Shown here: positions 47,733 to 57,066 of the stretch, one piece after another
Position numbering within the stretch: the stretch's first letter is position 1
How the letters are laid out: each line of letters opens with the position of its first letter
Assembly (NCBI GenBank): GCA_031458695.1
Contig: JAVKJW010000002.1
Span: 129,728 to 193,727 of the forward strand
Direction: 5' to 3'
Origin: Candidatus Thermofontivivens primus
Lineage (GTDB): Bacteria; Sysuimicrobiota; Sysuimicrobiia; Sysuimicrobiales; Thermofontiviventaceae
Length of the DNA stretch: 64,000 nucleotides
The notes under the pieces: generated by a model
What the model saw: the letters and a program-made list of their open reading frames with translations, nothing else
What the model was told of the DNA's origin: nothing
Databases searched by the model: none
Program-made: the position numbers and the translations under genes

Positions 47733-48383
47733 TCATTGGACCACCCACGCTTCTCCGCCTTCCCACACTTCCTTCTTCCAGATGGGGACCCTCTGCTTGA
47801 GGGTGTCGATGAGGAACTTCCCTGCCTCGAAGGCATCCTTGCGATGGGGGGCGGAGACGGCGATAGCCACGCTGACCTCCCCTACCTCCAGATAGCCTGT
47901 CCTGTGGACCATTGTGATCCCGCGGAGGTCCCAGCGCTCCTCAGCTTCGGCCGCAATACGGGCCATCTCCCGGAGGGCAAGCTCCTGATAGGCTTCGTAC
48001 TCTAAGTGGTGGACATGTCTCCCGGAGTTGTTGTCCCTGACAGTTCCAAGGAAAAGTACAATGGCCCCCGCCTGAGGATGGGCTACAGATCGAAGGACCT
48101 CGTCCACGGAGATCGGTTCCGCGGTGAGTTGGATGTGGGCACCCCCGCTCACAGGTGGGACGAGCACGAGTTCATCTTCAGGGGATAGGCGGATCTCCGG
48201 GGATACGTAGGAATCCTGGACCGCAAACCCTGAAGGAGGAGGAAGATCGCGGAGCTTAGGGTAGTGGGAGGCAAGCACTTCCCATACCTGGAGCGGTGTT
48301 GCGCCATCCGGGACGTCGACCTCCACACGGTTTGTCCCCAGGGCCTCCCGGTACGAGGCGAACGCCCGCACGCGAACCCGCAT
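47733..48383 (-). CDS. Fused molybdopterin synthase MoaD-MoaE (MoaX-like)
   Basis: Ubiquitin-like N-terminus ending PPVSGG; then GA.V.F.GTVR, YEAY, HR.G.L.VGE, HR..AF, PIWKKE. Confidence 0.92.
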   Translation of the reverse strand: MRVRVRAFASYREALGTNRVEVDVPDGATPLQVWEVLASHYPKLRDLPPPSGFAVQDSYVSPEIRLSPEDELVLVPPVSGGAHIQLTAEPISVDEVLRSVAHPQAGAIVLFLGTVRDNNSGRHVHHLEYEAYQELALREMARIAAEAEERWDLRGITMVHRTGYLEVGEVSVAIAVSAPHRKDAFEAGKFLIDTLKQRVPIWKKEVWEGGEAWVVQ

Positions 48384-48450
48384 CGCTGGCGCCTCCTGAA
48401 GTAGTTGTATCTGTGACCATTCTATCTGTCGTCTCCCGCGGATGCAAGAT

Positions 48451-48516
48451 CGGTCTACACGGTCTACACAGTCTACACAGTCTGCACGGTCTCTTTTGGA
48501 CGAAACCGTGCAGACT
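48451..48516. repeat. 9-bp tandem repeat (CRGTCTACA x4.7) plus inverted copy
   Basis: CGGTCTACA CGGTCTACA CAGTCTACA CAGTCTGCA CGGTCT; ACCGTGCAGACT (48505) pairs with AGTCTGCACGGT (48479). Confidence 0.85.
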
Positions 48517-48572
48517 ATGAGGAGAAGGCAAGGGATGGGTCCTCATGGAATTCTTAAGTGAAGGGTGGGAGT

Positions 48573-49343
48573 ATGAAGCGAAGTCCACGATGGTTGGGCG
48601 CCGTCGTCGGGCTGGCCCTCGCCGTTCTTGTGGCGGGCCCGGCGTACGCGGAGCTGATCAGCACCCAGCAGGAGATCAACATTGGGCGCCAGGTCGCCCG
48701 CGAGCTAGAGGAGAAGTACGGGTTGTACCGGGACCCAGACATCCACAGCCGCGTGGTCGCCATCGGGGAGCGCCTTGCCGCGGTTTCCGACAGGCCGAAC
48801 CTCCCCTATACCTTCAAGATCCTGAACACGAGCGAGGTCAATGCTGTTGCCGCGCCTGGTGGTTTTATCTACCTCACCCGCGGCATGGTCTTCTTCGTGC
48901 GATCAGACGATGAGCTCGCGTTTGTTCTTGCCCATGAAGTAGCCCATGCCGCAAGGCGGCACGGGGCGCAGATGATTGAGCGAAACTTCGCTTGGAGCCT
49001 GGGGCTCTTTATCCTGATCCGCATCTTCGGGGGAGACCCAACTGCGATCCAAATTGCTGATTTTGCCCGCTTCCTCATCACCCGGGGGTACAGCCGAGAG
49101 TTCGAGTTCGAGGCGGATCACTACGGGATTTTGTACATGCACCGTGCTGGGTTCGATCCCGCAGCCAGCCTTGTATTTCTGGAACGGTTGCGGGCGGAAC
49201 AGCGCCGGGAGCCCTCCCAGTTTGAGATCCTATTCCGAACCCACCCTGCGCTCTCCGACAGGATCGAGCGTGTCCGGGCACAGTTGCGGGAGATGGGGAT
49301 TCTCGGGAGGTCCTTCTTGCCCATTGGAGCGGTCCTCGTATGA
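48573..49343 (+). CDS. M48-family (BepA-like) metallopeptidase, exported
   Basis: Signal peptide; VNA.A.PGG; LAHEVAH; YSREFE.EAD; THP....RI. Confidence 0.92.
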   Translation: MKRSPRWLGAVVGLALAVLVAGPAYAELISTQQEINIGRQVARELEEKYGLYRDPDIHSRVVAIGERLAAVSDRPNLPYTFKILNTSEVNAVAAPGGFIYLTRGMVFFVRSDDELAFVLAHEVAHAARRHGAQMIERNFAWSLGLFILIRIFGGDPTAIQIADFARFLITRGYSREFEFEADHYGILYMHRAGFDPAASLVFLERLRAEQRREPSQFEILFRTHPALSDRIERVRAQLREMGILGRSFLPIGAVLV

Positions 49344-50290
49344 ACCAAAGGCCTACCCTGTGGATTCATGACCCCTACGCCACGCCGGGGACCTACCATA
49401 AGGTCCAGCTCCACTGCCATACCACCAACTCGGATGGTGCCTTCCCCGCCAGGGAGCTCCTGCACATGTACAGGGAAGCCGGTTACTCCTTTGTGGCGAT
49501 TACAGACCACGAGCAGATCACCAGATGTGAGGAGTTGAATAGCGAGACCTTCGTGGTGATCCCTGGCGTGGAGAACACCATCGTCCGCGGGTTCTGGCCT
49601 CTTGGCCCACACCTTACGCGCCTGTGGGCGGCCCAGGACCGCCTCCGAGGTGCTCCGCAGGAATGGATCCGCCGGACAGTGGAGGAAGGGGGGATTGTGA
49701 TCCTCAGCCACCCTTCCTGGAAGGGGAACCTGTGGACAGGGGAGTGGTCGCGCAAAGTCCTTTACCAGCTTCGGGGCTACCATCTCATGGAGATCTTCAA
49801 CCCGCACTCCGATCCCGAGGAGGACGTGCGGCGCTGGGTGGATGTGCTGCGCTGGTGGGGGCCAATTGGCGCTGTGGGCGGAATCGCGGTGGATGACTGT
49901 CATCACCTCCGGCAGTTCAACATCGGGTGGATCATGGCGAAAGTGGAGGAAGTCTCTGCGGATGCGCTCCGCAAGGCCCTGATCAACCATTCCTTCTATG
50001 CGAGCACGGGGCCGATGGCGGAGTTCGGGGTGGCCGAGGGGAAGATCTATTGCCGTCTTGGTGAGGTCGCCACGATCCGGTTCTATGACCAGTACAACCA
50101 TGTCCTCCTGGAGAGCTGCGGGACCGTTGCAGAATACACCCCTCGAGGAGATGAGGGGTTCGTCCGGGTAGAGTGCCGCACCGCCGGAGGGAAGAGGGCC
50201 TGGTCCCAGCCGTTCTGGGTAGAGAGGGTGAGGCCATCGGTAGAGGCCATCCCAGAAGAGCTGGAAGTCGAGGAGCTTCGCTACGCCTAA
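49340..50290 (+). CDS. PHP-domain metallohydrolase
   Basis: LHCHTTNSDG, AITDH, G.E, SHP, DDCH; C-terminal VRVEC...AWSQP. Confidence 0.88.
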   Translation: MNQRPTLWIHDPYATPGTYHKVQLHCHTTNSDGAFPARELLHMYREAGYSFVAITDHEQITRCEELNSETFVVIPGVENTIVRGFWPLGPHLTRLWAAQDRLRGAPQEWIRRTVEEGGIVILSHPSWKGNLWTGEWSRKVLYQLRGYHLMEIFNPHSDPEEDVRRWVDVLRWWGPIGAVGGIAVDDCHHLRQFNIGWIMAKVEEVSADALRKALINHSFYASTGPMAEFGVAEGKIYCRLGEVATIRFYDQYNHVLLESCGTVAEYTPRGDEGFVRVECRTAGGKRAWSQPFWVERVRPSVEAIPEELEVEELRYA

Positions 50291-50291
50291 T

Positions 50292-50362
50292 TCAGGTATC
50301 AGGTCCTGGGTACCAGGTCTTAGTTCTCTAATGAACTACTGAGACCCGATACCTGAGCCCTG
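50292..50362. repeat. Head-to-head 7-mer arrays (CAGGTAT / ATACCTG family)
   Basis: TCAGGTATC (50292) pairs with GATACCTGA (50348); degenerate heptamers in both arms; between convergent genes. Confidence 0.7.
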
Positions 50363-51493
50363 CTAGAGGCCAAGGCGCTGGACCACATAGGCGGCGATCT
50401 GTGCCGCCCCGCCCGGGCCGCCCATTCTCTCCCTTCCGGCCTCTCCCCTCCGCCGGCGCTCCCCCTCATCGTGGAGGAGCCTTGAGAGCGCCTCTGCTGC
50501 CTCCTTCCAGTTTCTCACCGGGACCAGTGCCTCACCGAGCAGCCGGTGCTGGAGGTGCAGGAATCCCCTGGTGAACTGCGGGCCAGGTCCGGGGAAGGCA
50601 ACCACGGGTTTCCCAAGCCCCGCCGCCTGCTCGTTGGCGGTGCCAGCCATCCCCAGGACGACTGTGGCCCGGTGGAGGGCATCTGCAAACTTCCTGGTAA
50701 TTTGGATCTCCGCCTCCTTGAAGGTCAGCCGGCGGCTGGTGGAGTTCCATTCTCCTCCCAGGGCCTGCGCGACGTCGTGGAGGAACTCGTCGCGGAAGGA
50801 GGGGGCAAGAGGGCAGAGGAATGCGACTGTATCCCCATGCACCCTGGCGAGGAGGTCGCACGCCCTCGCCATGAGGGCCAGGTTCCGCTTTGCCTCCTCG
50901 CGGCTCCCCGGCAGGAGCACCACCACAGGCTGTCCCGGGGGGATCCCGAAATCCTCCCCGGAGATATGGAGACAGTCCATCATCACGTTCCCGACGAAGC
51001 GGGCGTTGATCCCGTGAGCGCGCAGGACCTTTGCAGTGGGCTCATCCCGCGTGAACACGATCTCGCTGAGGCGCCGGATCAGGAGGATCTCGAACCAGCG
51101 GTGGCGTTCGTTGTACTCGGATTTGGCCGTTGGCACGAAGACCACCGGCGCCCTGGCTTGCGCGGCCATGAACAGGCAGTAGGCGTCGCCGATGCTGATG
51201 GTGAGATCCAGGCTTCCTTTGAGGCGCCGCAGGGTACGGAGCTGTTCCCGCCAGAACCCCACGAGCCCAGCCCGAAGATCCTCAACCAGGGCCTTTCCCC
51301 AAGAGCGGAAGGCAAAGCCACCGCTTGGGAACAGGCGCCGGGGTTCCAGCAGCTCCACCTCCCCGCCATAGCCCTCCCCAAGCCCCACCAGGGGATAAGC
51401 CACCACGGAGAGCCTTCCTTTTGGGAGGTGAGAGAGGATCTCCCTGGCCATGAGATCCTCGCCGTATCCGTTACTGACGACCAACAACCGCAT
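50363..51493 (-). CDS. Lipid-A-disaccharide synthase-related GT-B protein (cyanobacterial-type family)
   Basis: VSNGYGED, PLVG.G, PSGGF, TAKS.Y, GN.MMD, LLPGSR, MAGTANEQAAGLGKP, GPGPQFT. Confidence 0.85.
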   Translation of the reverse strand: MRLLVVSNGYGEDLMAREILSHLPKGRLSVVAYPLVGLGEGYGGEVELLEPRRLFPSGGFAFRSWGKALVEDLRAGLVGFWREQLRTLRRLKGSLDLTISIGDAYCLFMAAQARAPVVFVPTAKSEYNERHRWFEILLIRRLSEIVFTRDEPTAKVLRAHGINARFVGNVMMDCLHISGEDFGIPPGQPVVVLLPGSREEAKRNLALMARACDLLARVHGDTVAFLCPLAPSFRDEFLHDVAQALGGEWNSTSRRLTFKEAEIQITRKFADALHRATVVLGMAGTANEQAAGLGKPVVAFPGPGPQFTRGFLHLQHRLLGEALVPVRNWKEAAEALSRLLHDEGERRRRGEAGRERMGGPGGAAQIAAYVVQRLGL

Positions 51494-52565
51494 GCAGGAA
51501 CTCCCACCATTCCCTGGCGATTTGATCCCATCCGTACCGCTCCAGGACGCGCTCCCTGGCCTGCCTTCCCATGCGTTCCCTGAGGGAAGGGTCTCGCAGC
51601 AGGCCCACGACGGCTTCTACAAATGCGCGGATGTACCCTTCACTCCCTACCTTTCCTTCAATGAGGATCCCCGTCCTGCCATCCAAGACGGTCTCCTGGA
51701 GCGCATAGCGCTTGCTCGTGACTACAGGGGTCCCCGCCGCCTGTGCCTCCAGGGCAGCGATGCAGGAGGTCTCCGGGAAGTCGGTCGGATACACGAAGAC
51801 GGCGCTTTGAGCGAGTTCTCTCGCCAGGAGGTGCTGGGGGAGCCCTCCCCGGATGATCACACCTTCCCGCTGCTTCCGCCGGTACTGCTCCAGGTTCCGG
51901 TAGCTGAACACGTGGAGCTCCGCCTCGGGCACCCTGGAGCGGATGGCCGGGAAGATCTTGTCCAGCAGGAGGTCGAGGCCCCGCTCCGGGACCGAGGTGT
52001 AGATCAACCGGAAAGGGTTCCTCATTTCTTGGAGGTCGCGGAAGTGGGAGAGCTCAAGGCCATTTCGCGTGACGAGGATCCGATCCCAAGGGACCCCGAG
52101 ATAGTCGTGGAAGGCCTGGGCCAACCAGTGGCTGACCGTTGCCACCACATGGAGCCGGGGGAGGAAGAGCGGCTTCCCTATCCATTGCCACGCCCTCGCC
52201 ACAAAGGTACCGAGGATGCCCTCGCGCTCTGGGTAGGCGCCGAGGTGGTCATGGGCCCAGAGGATCCGGGTGCGCCCGGGGAGCGGCTTGAGAACGTCGG
52301 TGATCTGGCGAAAGATGATCAGAACATCGGGGGGTTCCTCCTGCAACCTTCGGCGCCATTCCCCGCGCTGGAAGTCCATGTAGTGGACCTCATCGTAGAT
52401 CCCTTCATCGGCCCCACAGCGGTTGATCACGGTGACCGCTGCGCCGCACGCCGCTAACTCACGGGTGAGGTGATAAAGCGCGGTCTCGCTCCCCCCAAGG
52501 GGTCGGCGGGCAACATGCCTGGGGGAGAAAGGGAGGGTGAGGGGGGCGTAGACGGCAATCCGCAT
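51471..52565 (-). CDS. Glycosyltransferase family 4
   Basis: LGGSET; YTS.P.RGL; YP..F.ETSCI.ALEAQAAG.PVV (EX7E). Confidence 0.9.
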   Translation of the reverse strand: MRIAVYAPLTLPFSPRHVARRPLGGSETALYHLTRELAACGAAVTVINRCGADEGIYDEVHYMDFQRGEWRRRLQEEPPDVLIIFRQITDVLKPLPGRTRILWAHDHLGAYPEREGILGTFVARAWQWIGKPLFLPRLHVVATVSHWLAQAFHDYLGVPWDRILVTRNGLELSHFRDLQEMRNPFRLIYTSVPERGLDLLLDKIFPAIRSRVPEAELHVFSYRNLEQYRRKQREGVIIRGGLPQHLLARELAQSAVFVYPTDFPETSCIAALEAQAAGTPVVTSKRYALQETVLDGRTGILIEGKVGSEGYIRAFVEAVVGLLRDPSLRERMGRQARERVLERYGWDQIAREWWEFLHAVVGRQ

Positions 52566-52574
52566 GGCACTCCC

Positions 52575-53516
52575 TCACCTCCGCGGAGCGCTCTTTGCTT
52601 CGATTTCCGCAGATCGGCTCCTCCACGCTTCCTCAAGGGCCTCCAGGTACACGCGGTTGAGGACGCCCCGCATCACCAGGAAGTGAAGGGTTTTCCAGCC
52701 TCTCCGCTCCAGCGCCTCCAATACAGGGAGTGCGGTATCTGGCGTGAGGGTCCCGCCCCCAGAGAGGGCCCAGGCGATCGCCCGGTGGAGGAGGGTTCGC
52801 TGGATGGTCACTCGGGAGAGGAAGCAAGGGTACTTGCGGTAGAAGCGCACAGCGTTCCTGGCTCGCTCCTGTTCCTTGGCGATGAGCTCGGGCATCCTCT
52901 GCGCGGTCAGGGGGGGCTGCAGGTGATAGGCGATGGCCCGCCGGGAGGTCCGTTTCCTCAACCCCAGGCGGTGCAGGCGCATCCCCAAGTCGAGGTCCTC
53001 CCATCCATAGAAGGAGAACCCCTCGTCGAACAGGCCTGCCTGGAGGAGGTGGTCCTTGCGCACCGAGGCGTTGGCCGTATCCAGGAAGTTCGTGGACAGG
53101 TCAATGAGTCGGGCCCGCCTGGGGAACTGCCCGTCCAGGGTCGGGACCAGGATGACAGGACCGCGGCCGACGATCCCATTCTCCTCGTGGAGCCGCAGGT
53201 GTTCCTCGAGGAACCCCGGGGTGACGATGACATCGCTATCCACGAAGACCACCAGCCAGCCCTGGGCCTGCAGGATCCCGGTGTTTCTCGCTGCCCCAGG
53301 CCCCCCGCGCTCTCCCCTGCGGAGATAGCGGATCTTGCAGGGCCCGGAGGAGGCAAACGCGCCCACGACCACAGGGGTCTCATCGGTCGATGCGTCGTCC
53401 ACCACCACGACCTCGTAGCGATCCTTCTCCAGGGTCTGGTGGCAAAGGGCTTTAAGACAATGACGGATGATCCTGGCGCGGTTGTAGGCGGGGACGATGA
53501 CACTGAGCTCGGTCAT
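52575..53516 (-). CDS. Glycosyltransferase family 2
   Basis: SVIVPAYN, VVVDDASTD, ARN.G, FVDSD, FDE.F..YGWED.DLG.RL. Confidence 0.93.
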   Translation of the reverse strand: MTELSVIVPAYNRARIIRHCLKALCHQTLEKDRYEVVVVDDASTDETPVVVGAFASSGPCKIRYLRRGERGGPGAARNTGILQAQGWLVVFVDSDVIVTPGFLEEHLRLHEENGIVGRGPVILVPTLDGQFPRRARLIDLSTNFLDTANASVRKDHLLQAGLFDEGFSFYGWEDLDLGMRLHRLGLRKRTSRRAIAYHLQPPLTAQRMPELIAKEQERARNAVRFYRKYPCFLSRVTIQRTLLHRAIAWALSGGGTLTPDTALPVLEALERRGWKTLHFLVMRGVLNRVYLEALEEAWRSRSAEIEAKSAPRR

Positions 53517-53530
53517 GCGTTCCGCTCTCC

Positions 53531-55240
53531 TCACTCCACGAGCTGCAGGCGGGAGAGCCTCTGGTAGATGCCCTCTCGCCTCAGGAGGTCCTCGTGCGAC
53601 CCCTCCTCTACGAGGCGGCCATCCATGAGCACGAGGATGCGGTGGGCATGCCGCACCATGGACATGCGATGGGCCACGATGAAGGTGGTCCTGCCCTCCA
53701 TCAGGCGCTCCAAGGCCTCTTGGATCAACCGTTCAGATTCGCTGTCCAATGCAGAGGTTGCTTCGTCGAGGATAAGGATCCGTGGGTTATTCAGGATCGC
53801 CCTGGCGATGGCGATGCGCTGGCGCTCTCCTCCGGAGAGCTGGAGACCTCCCTCCCCGACCACCGTCTCGTACCCTTCCGCTAGCGCGGAGATAAACCCA
53901 TGCGCGTTCGCGGCCCTGGCCGCGGCCACGATCTCCTCCATCGTGGCTTCGGGACATCCAAAGGCAATGTTCTCGCGGATGGTGCCGGAGAAGAGGACGA
54001 CCTCCTGGGGGACGATGCCGATCTGCCTGCGCAGGGACTGGATCTTTACCCTCCTGAGGTCAACGCCATCGATCTCGACGACGCCCTGCGTGGGGTCGTA
54101 GAAACGGAGGATGAGGTTGATGAGCGTGCTCTTTCCCGCTCCGCTCGGGCCGATGATGGCAACCCGTTCCCCAGGGCGGACCTCGAACGTGATGTCCGTG
54201 AGGACTTCCTGTTGGCCGTCGTAGGTGAAGGAGACGTTCCGGAAAGCGACGTGGCCCTGGATGGGAGGGAGATCGATGGCATCGGGAGCCTCCAGGACCG
54301 TCTCCCGAGTGGCGAGGACCTCGGCAATGCGCTCCAAGCTGGCAGCGGCCTGGCGCATCCCGGAATAGAGGCGGGTGAGGTGGAGGACCGGTTCCACAGC
54401 GATCCCCACATAGGTGAGGAACGCCACGAGCTCTCCCGCCGTCATCACCCCCCTGGTCACATACTGCCCGCCTTTCCAGAGGACGAGGACGAGGCCGATC
54501 GTGGTCAGGAGCGAGACCACAGGGGCTTCGGTGGCCACAAGCGTGCTGATGCGCAGGTTCTCCCGGAAGTTGCGCTCATTCTCCGCGGCGAATCGGGCGA
54601 TCTCCCTCTCCTCCTGGGTGAAGGCACGGATCACGCGCGCGCCAGCAACCGCTTCGCGTAGGAGCGTGGTGAGGTCGGCGATGCGTTGCTGAGCCCTCGC
54701 GGAGATCCGGTGGATCTCTCGTCCGAACAGGCGAGCCGTGCCGAAGAAGAGAGGGATCACCAGGACTGTGACGAGGGCGAGCTGCCACTGGAGCCAGAAG
54801 ATCATCACGATGATCCCGAAGAGGGTCAACGAGACCCCCACGAAGTCCACGAGGCCGGAGAGGAGGTTGGTCTGGACCAGCTGGGTGTCCTGGATGGCCC
54901 GAGCGATGAGCTCCCCGCTGTGCCAGCGGGCGAAGCGGTCCAGGGACCAGCGCTGGATCTGCCTGAAGATCGCATTGCGGAGGTCGGCGACCACGCGGTG
55001 CCCGATGGAGAAGATGAGGTAGAGCTGGCCGTAGAGGAAGACGCTGCGCACGAGGAACGCCGCGAGGATCACAGCGGCAGTGAGGTTGAGTAGCTGGAGG
55101 TTCCTCGTCCGGATGATCGCGTCGATGGTATTCCCCAGGAAGCGGGGGACGAAGAGCTGGGCAATCGCGACGACGAGCGCGCATCCGAGCCCCCCGCCAA
55201 GGTGGAGCCAGTAGGGGCGAAGGAAATTTCTTAACTGCAT
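53531..55240 (-). CDS. MsbA-like ABC exporter (TMD+NBD)
   Basis: Six-TM N-terminus; GPSGAGKS, LSGGERQRIAIAR, LDEATSALD, VAHR; flanked by lipid-A-synthase-like genes. Confidence 0.9.
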   Translation of the reverse strand: MQLRNFLRPYWLHLGGGLGCALVVAIAQLFVPRFLGNTIDAIIRTRNLQLLNLTAAVILAAFLVRSVFLYGQLYLIFSIGHRVVADLRNAIFRQIQRWSLDRFARWHSGELIARAIQDTQLVQTNLLSGLVDFVGVSLTLFGIIVMIFWLQWQLALVTVLVIPLFFGTARLFGREIHRISARAQQRIADLTTLLREAVAGARVIRAFTQEEREIARFAAENERNFRENLRISTLVATEAPVVSLLTTIGLVLVLWKGGQYVTRGVMTAGELVAFLTYVGIAVEPVLHLTRLYSGMRQAAASLERIAEVLATRETVLEAPDAIDLPPIQGHVAFRNVSFTYDGQQEVLTDITFEVRPGERVAIIGPSGAGKSTLINLILRFYDPTQGVVEIDGVDLRRVKIQSLRRQIGIVPQEVVLFSGTIRENIAFGCPEATMEEIVAAARAANAHGFISALAEGYETVVGEGGLQLSGGERQRIAIARAILNNPRILILDEATSALDSESERLIQEALERLMEGRTTFIVAHRMSMVRHAHRILVLMDGRLVEEGSHEDLLRREGIYQRLSRLQLVE

Positions 55241-55244
55241 GAGG

Positions 55245-56432
55245 TCACCCATCTCTCCCTAGGACTTCCTGGGCGATTCGCATCGCTGCCCCGCCGCCTT
55301 CTGGATGGAGATTGCGAAGGGCCTCCGCCATGTTCCTCCGTCCCTCTTCGTCTTCAAGCCAGCGCAGGGCTTCGCCGGCGACCTCCCCGGGGGAGAGAGG
55401 ACCGATCATCTCCGGGACGATCTTCCTCCCAGCCAGGAGGTTCGGGAGCGCGACGAACCGCTTCCTCCGGATGTACCGGCGGATAGCTACCCATTTGATC
55501 CACGGGCCGATTCCCGGCACCCTGCCCACCCATTCCAGGAGCCCCTCCAGGGGGATCCGCCCTGGTTCTTGCAACGGCAACACGACGATCATGGGGATCC
55601 CCAGCATGGAGAGCTCGAGGGTATTTGTCCCCGGGATGGTGAGAGCCAATTCTGCGGAGGCGAGGAGATCCCAACGCCCCCCTTCCACAACTATGATCCC
55701 TGTATCCTTGAGCGTCTTCTCCTCTTTCCTCAGAGCCTCCTCCACCAGGCGGGGAGGGAGGAATGGAGAGATCGGGAGGGAGAGAGAAACCTCTGGCCTA
55801 GCCTGCTTGATTGTTTTGGCGACCTCCAAGAAAAAGGGAAGGAGCCAGAGAAAGCTCTGTGCCCTGCTGCCAGTCAACATGACCACTGAGCCCCGAGACC
55901 TGCTCTCTGATCTCGCGAGGGACCCTGAAAGTGCATCTGCCCTCAGATCCCCCACGACGCGTATCTTCGCTTCTGGGACACCGCTCTCTCCAAGCTCCTT
56001 GGCGAGGGGCGCGGTGGGAACGAACAGGCGTCTGAAAGGCCTGTGGCGGCGGGCCACGAGAGGGGTCTCTACATAGGCGAAAGCAGGCACATTCAGGCGG
56101 CGGGAGAGCATCTGGGAGTACCAGAGGTCACCTCCAAGATGAACCAGACATGCCCTGTGACCCACCGGGAACCTCTTCAAGCCGGCGATGACCTTCAGGC
56201 AATCCCACGGACCCTCGATGCGGTCAAACAGGTTCAGGGAGGCTGCGACATCCCTTTCCCTCCCGGTGCTGAACTGGCACGGAGGGAGGATCAAGGAGAG
56301 CCTCAGTGGAACTTTTTCAGAGGAACCAAGGGAGCGCAGCGCGCGGGCAAGCGGAACGGCCCACCCGGCGACTTCCCCAGGACCGTTCGCGACCAGGATG
56401 ACGTCGTGGGGTGGGCTTTTCTCGTGGAGCAT
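55245..56432 (-). CDS. LpxB-like lipid-A-disaccharide synthase family protein
   Basis: NGPGE..GW..P; LGGD; VGDL..D; GSR; T.PGTNTLE...LG.PM.V; ALPN..AG..IVPE. Confidence 0.8.
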   Translation of the reverse strand: MLHEKSPPHDVILVANGPGEVAGWAVPLARALRSLGSSEKVPLRLSLILPPCQFSTGRERDVAASLNLFDRIEGPWDCLKVIAGLKRFPVGHRACLVHLGGDLWYSQMLSRRLNVPAFAYVETPLVARRHRPFRRLFVPTAPLAKELGESGVPEAKIRVVGDLRADALSGSLARSESRSRGSVVMLTGSRAQSFLWLLPFFLEVAKTIKQARPEVSLSLPISPFLPPRLVEEALRKEEKTLKDTGIIVVEGGRWDLLASAELALTIPGTNTLELSMLGIPMIVVLPLQEPGRIPLEGLLEWVGRVPGIGPWIKWVAIRRYIRRKRFVALPNLLAGRKIVPEMIGPLSPGEVAGEALRWLEDEEGRRNMAEALRNLHPEGGGAAMRIAQEVLGRDG

Positions 56433-56549
56433 TCCGTGCGGTCTCCTTGGACAGGCCTAGCGACCTGTTCCTACAGTGGGCACGTTCTGCCTCTGCACTT
56501 GGGGCCTGTCCTACAGGGGTATTATAGGGAACATAAGGAGGGAAGGCAA

Positions 56550-56990
56550 ATGCGCCGTCTTCGCTGGGTTGCGCTGTACCTTGCAGTTGTCATGGCTACG
56601 GGGGTCCCGCTTGTGGCCTACGCGCAGGATATCTCGGGACTCATCAAGCTCTTTGGCGTCGCCTACGTGGTAAAGCTCCTCGGGCCGCAGATCAACGATT
56701 TCATCAACAACCTGCTCCTAAATCGAAAGGTGGAGAACCGCCAGGAGACAAAAGTTGTGCCCATTCTCACCATTGGTCTGGGCCAGCCTGGGTACATTGG
56801 AGCTGCGCAGGTCTCCGGTCCCAAGGGCCTGCTGGACAAGGTGCAGGCGGTCGCGCAGATCGAGGCGAACTTCAGCCAGGCCTTCCGGGTCAAGGCCTTG
56901 ATCCCCATCGACAGCATTAACCCCATCGCGGACGGGCTGCGCCGGGTCTACGGGGTTGGGGTGACTGCGATCATCGATATCCAAATCTAA
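56550..56990 (+). CDS. Conserved-looking exported hypothetical protein
   Basis: AAGGAGG RBS; signal peptide ending AYA/Q; TKVVPIL, IGAAQVSGP and VAQIE blocks; typical codon usage. Confidence 0.8.
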   Translation: MRRLRWVALYLAVVMATGVPLVAYAQDISGLIKLFGVAYVVKLLGPQINDFINNLLLNRKVENRQETKVVPILTIGLGQPGYIGAAQVSGPKGLLDKVQAVAQIEANFSQAFRVKALIPIDSINPIADGLRRVYGVGVTAIIDIQI

Positions 56991-57066
56991 GGATTCTCGG
57001 TTAGGCTTCGCGGGCCAACCTTGGTACAAAGAGGAACCCCCGCCGCAAGGGAGAATCTCACCTCTC

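Noticed and set aside
56505..56526. CCTACAGGGGTAT resembling the CsoR-like operator
   Set aside because: Lacks the left ATACCC arm, so it is not palindromic; flanking genes are unrelated.
56043..56549. N-terminal 169 aa of the 315-aa ORF
   Set aside because: Overlaps the LpxB-like gene on the opposite strand; the real start is ATG 56550 with an RBS and signal peptide.
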